From: Felis catus
Taxonomy: Eukaryota
Length of the DNA: 64,000 nucleotides
NCBI RefSeq assembly: GCF_018350175.1
Contig: NC_058374.1
Span: 117,180,001 to 117,244,000, forward strand
Direction: 5' to 3'
Shown here: piece after piece, positions 61,548-64,000 of the stretch
Position numbering within the stretch: position 1 is the stretch's first letter
Layout: every line of letters begins with the position of its first letter
Translations under genes and position numbers: made by a program
Notes under the pieces: generated by a model
Told to the model about the DNA's origin: nothing
Databases searched by the model: none
The model's input: the letters and a program-made list of their open reading frames with translations, nothing else

Positions 61548-61770
61548 CAATAGTTTTCAGCCAGGGAGCAATTTGCTCCACAGGGGGCCTTTACAAATGT
61601 CTAGAGACGTTTCTGGTTGTCACAACTTAGGTAGGGTTGGAAGATAATGTGCCACTGGCATTTAGTGGCGGGGGGGGGGGGCAGGGATGCTGTAAACACC
61701 CTACAATGCATGGGACAGCCCCCACAACAAGAAATCATCTAGTTCAAAATGCAGCAGTGCTGAAGCCTCT
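61548..61770. mobile_element. MER20 hAT DNA transposon
   Basis: aatgtctagagacgtttctggttgtcacaact...actggcatttagtgg...cagggatgctg...ctacaatgcatgggacagcccccacaacaagaa. Confidence 0.8.
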
Positions 61771-61912
61771 GAGAGAGAAAGGAAAGTGGGGTGAACTGAG
61801 TCACTATCTGTGTGGATAGGATAGGGATGGGGCAGGATGACTGACCTGAGGAAAAGGTCCACTGGGAGCAACTGTTCTGAGAAGCATTTGGCATTAGAAA
61901 GAAGACCAGAAA

Positions 61913-62121
61913 TTTTTTTAATAATGCCTATTTTTATTGTTGAGAAAGAGAGCATGAGTGGGGAGGGGCAGCAAGGCGGCAGGTGGGGCTGGAGAGAGGA
62001 TCTGAGGCAGGCTCTGAGCTGTCAGCACAGAGCCTGAGGTGGGGCTCGAACTCACGAACCGTGAGATCATGACCTGGGCTGAAGTTGGACGCTCAACCGA
62101 CAGAGCCACTCAGGCACCCCC
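61913..62121 (-). mobile_element. Can-SINE
   Basis: TSD cagaaatttt. Confidence 0.92.
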
Positions 62122-62519
62122 AGAAATTTTAATACACTACTTATGAGCAAATGCAATTTGCCTATTTTTAACTAGCTTCCCTCTGGAAATAATAGAAGTT
62201 CAGTATATAGCCCCTAATGATAATTAGTCTACCAAAAACGTAACCATTGGAAGCCTCCACTTGTTAAGCGTCCTGTGAAACCTGATGTATTCGTGGCTTC
62301 TGAAATGCTCCCAGCGTGAGTACCTACAGCTGTGTTCGGCTTTATTTTGAAGGCCCTTGTGGCTTTGACTTTAGAAACATAGGTAATAGTCTTGGAAGGG
62401 AGCAGGTACCAGACATACATTTTGGTGGGGGACTATGTAGCACCTAAAGCATTTTATATCCAGGTGGTCAGTCCTTGAACTCGATCCTCTTAGTAAGAAT
62501 GTGGTTGATTATTAACTGC

Positions 62520-63310
62520 ATTTGGAGGAGTAGAGACTGATCCCAGTGGTTCTCTGGGTCCATAATGTCTCTCACACATCAGCTGGTCTCAGCCCTCTTC
62601 ATAGTTAAGTTCTGCCCACCAAGCTTGGTCCTTGACCTTGTGTCCTCATTCCCTAGTGTCCTCATCCAGTCCCAAGACATGAATCCTCTCCATATGCCAG
62701 TGGCTTCTGATGCTCACAGGCAACCCCACTGCATTGTCCTCCTTCCCTGAAGGACCATTTCACATCTTCCTTCTCCTCAAACCTCCACCATCCCTGCCCC
62801 ATCACTCTACATGGATGACCTCATTTCCTGTTTAGAAAACAGAAGCAATCAGAAAAAACTTCTACAGATTCCACCCCATCTACCAGCATCCGTGTCCTTT
62901 TGCTTTTCTTCCTCCCCAGTCACCATGGTCCAGCTCTAGGCTCCTCCCCTCTGCCTCCTGGACGTCATTTGCCTCCTTTCTCCTGAATTTGTACTTTCCC
63001 ACCCCTGCATTATTTCTATCAGTTTATGTACAATATATTCCATAGTCTTAAAAAAATCTTCCTTGATCCTACATCTCCCTAGCAGTTGCCCCAGTTTCAG
63101 CTCCATTTACCAGCCAAAAAAAAAAAAAAAAAAGCTTTGCCTTCTCATCTTCATTCTCTGCAACTTGTCTGTCCTGAACCTTTTTATTTATGCTTTCATC
63201 CCATCAAACCAGCAAAACCTACTCTTTTCAAGGTCACCATGACCTCCATTTGAGACGTTCAGCAGCATCCACCCTGTGGGGCACAGTCCTTCTTGACACA
63301 CTCCTGACAG
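62520..63310. mobile_element. Degraded L2 fragment
   Basis: gatgacctcatttcctg...agaagcaatcaga...tcaaggtcaccatgacctccat. Confidence 0.5.
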
Positions 63311-64000
63311 CCTGGGAGAGCTTGATTGTTTCCTTAGCAGTGAAAATGTCTTCCATGCAGGGAACATTTAGAATTTAATTGCAGAGGTGAAGTAAATCAG
63401 TATTAAGTTGTTTTATGTTAAATTTGGGAATATCTGTGTATTTGATATTTTAAGACTCGTAATGTTTAAATGAATTTGGTGTGTCAGAAGACAAGATGCT
63501 ATATTCAAAGACTTCTGTAAGAGACTTAACAAAACTAATTTTGTAATCAAAGAATTTTGAACCAGTTACACTTTATTTATAAGCTTAATTTTTTTGGTTT
63601 TACAAGAATGACTGAAATAGTCAGGATTTTTTTTTTAGTCACTTAATTCATAGTTAGGGAATTAACATAGAGGGTAAGAGCCAAAATCTGGATTCTGGAG
63701 CCAGACTTTATGGTTCACAAAACAGTTCAGTTATTAGTAGCTAGATGACCTTGTGAGAATTGCCCTCCGTACCTCAGTTTTCCTGTATTTATAACAGGAA
63801 TGATAATAATATGAGTTATCTGCTGGAATTTCTATGAGAATTAGAGTTAATGATGTAAATTGTTTACGATAGTTTCTGGACATGGTAAGGGCTGTGTTAG
63901 CTGTCAGTGAAAAGCAAATAAAATATATTAAATTTATAAATGCAGTTAAAAACCTTTAAAAAGTTGTTTAGTGAACTAAGTCTAAGTGGAACAAACCCTT

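Noticed and set aside
1-64000. CRISPR arrays, prokaryotic systems, NUMTs, snRNA/7SL genes, intact retroviral or transposase ORFs
   Set aside because: None seen by inspection; the window is mammalian promoter and intergenic DNA. SINE heads are tRNA-derived but are not tRNA genes.

Overview
Mammalian genomic DNA from a felid, judged by abundant Felidae-type Can-SINEs and felid L1 3' ends. The only protein-coding sequence is exon 1 of LTA4H (leukotriene A4 hydrolase, minus strand, ATG at 3014, donor at 2855). Its GC/CpG-rich promoter lies head-to-head with an intact tRNA-Asp(GTC) gene (3529-3600), with a ZNF143-type motif between them. The remaining ~60 kb is repeat-rich upstream intergenic DNA. 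It holds 27 Can-SINE copies, L1/L2/MaLR/DNA-transposon relics, two processed pseudogenes (RPS24 nested in an L1; CFL1), microsatellites, five N gaps, a strong CTCF motif and several candidate enhancer motif clusters. I found no convincing wholly new biological system. The best leads are the tRNA/LTA4H divergent promoter, candidate upstream alternative first exons of LTA4H, and an RPS24 retrocopy that fossilises a microexon-containing isoform. Smaller leads are a twin-primed L1, an LTR-int-LTR MaLR and a MER53/miR-1302-like hairpin. Repeat family names come from recalled consensus sequences, not a database search, and repeat boundaries are approximate.
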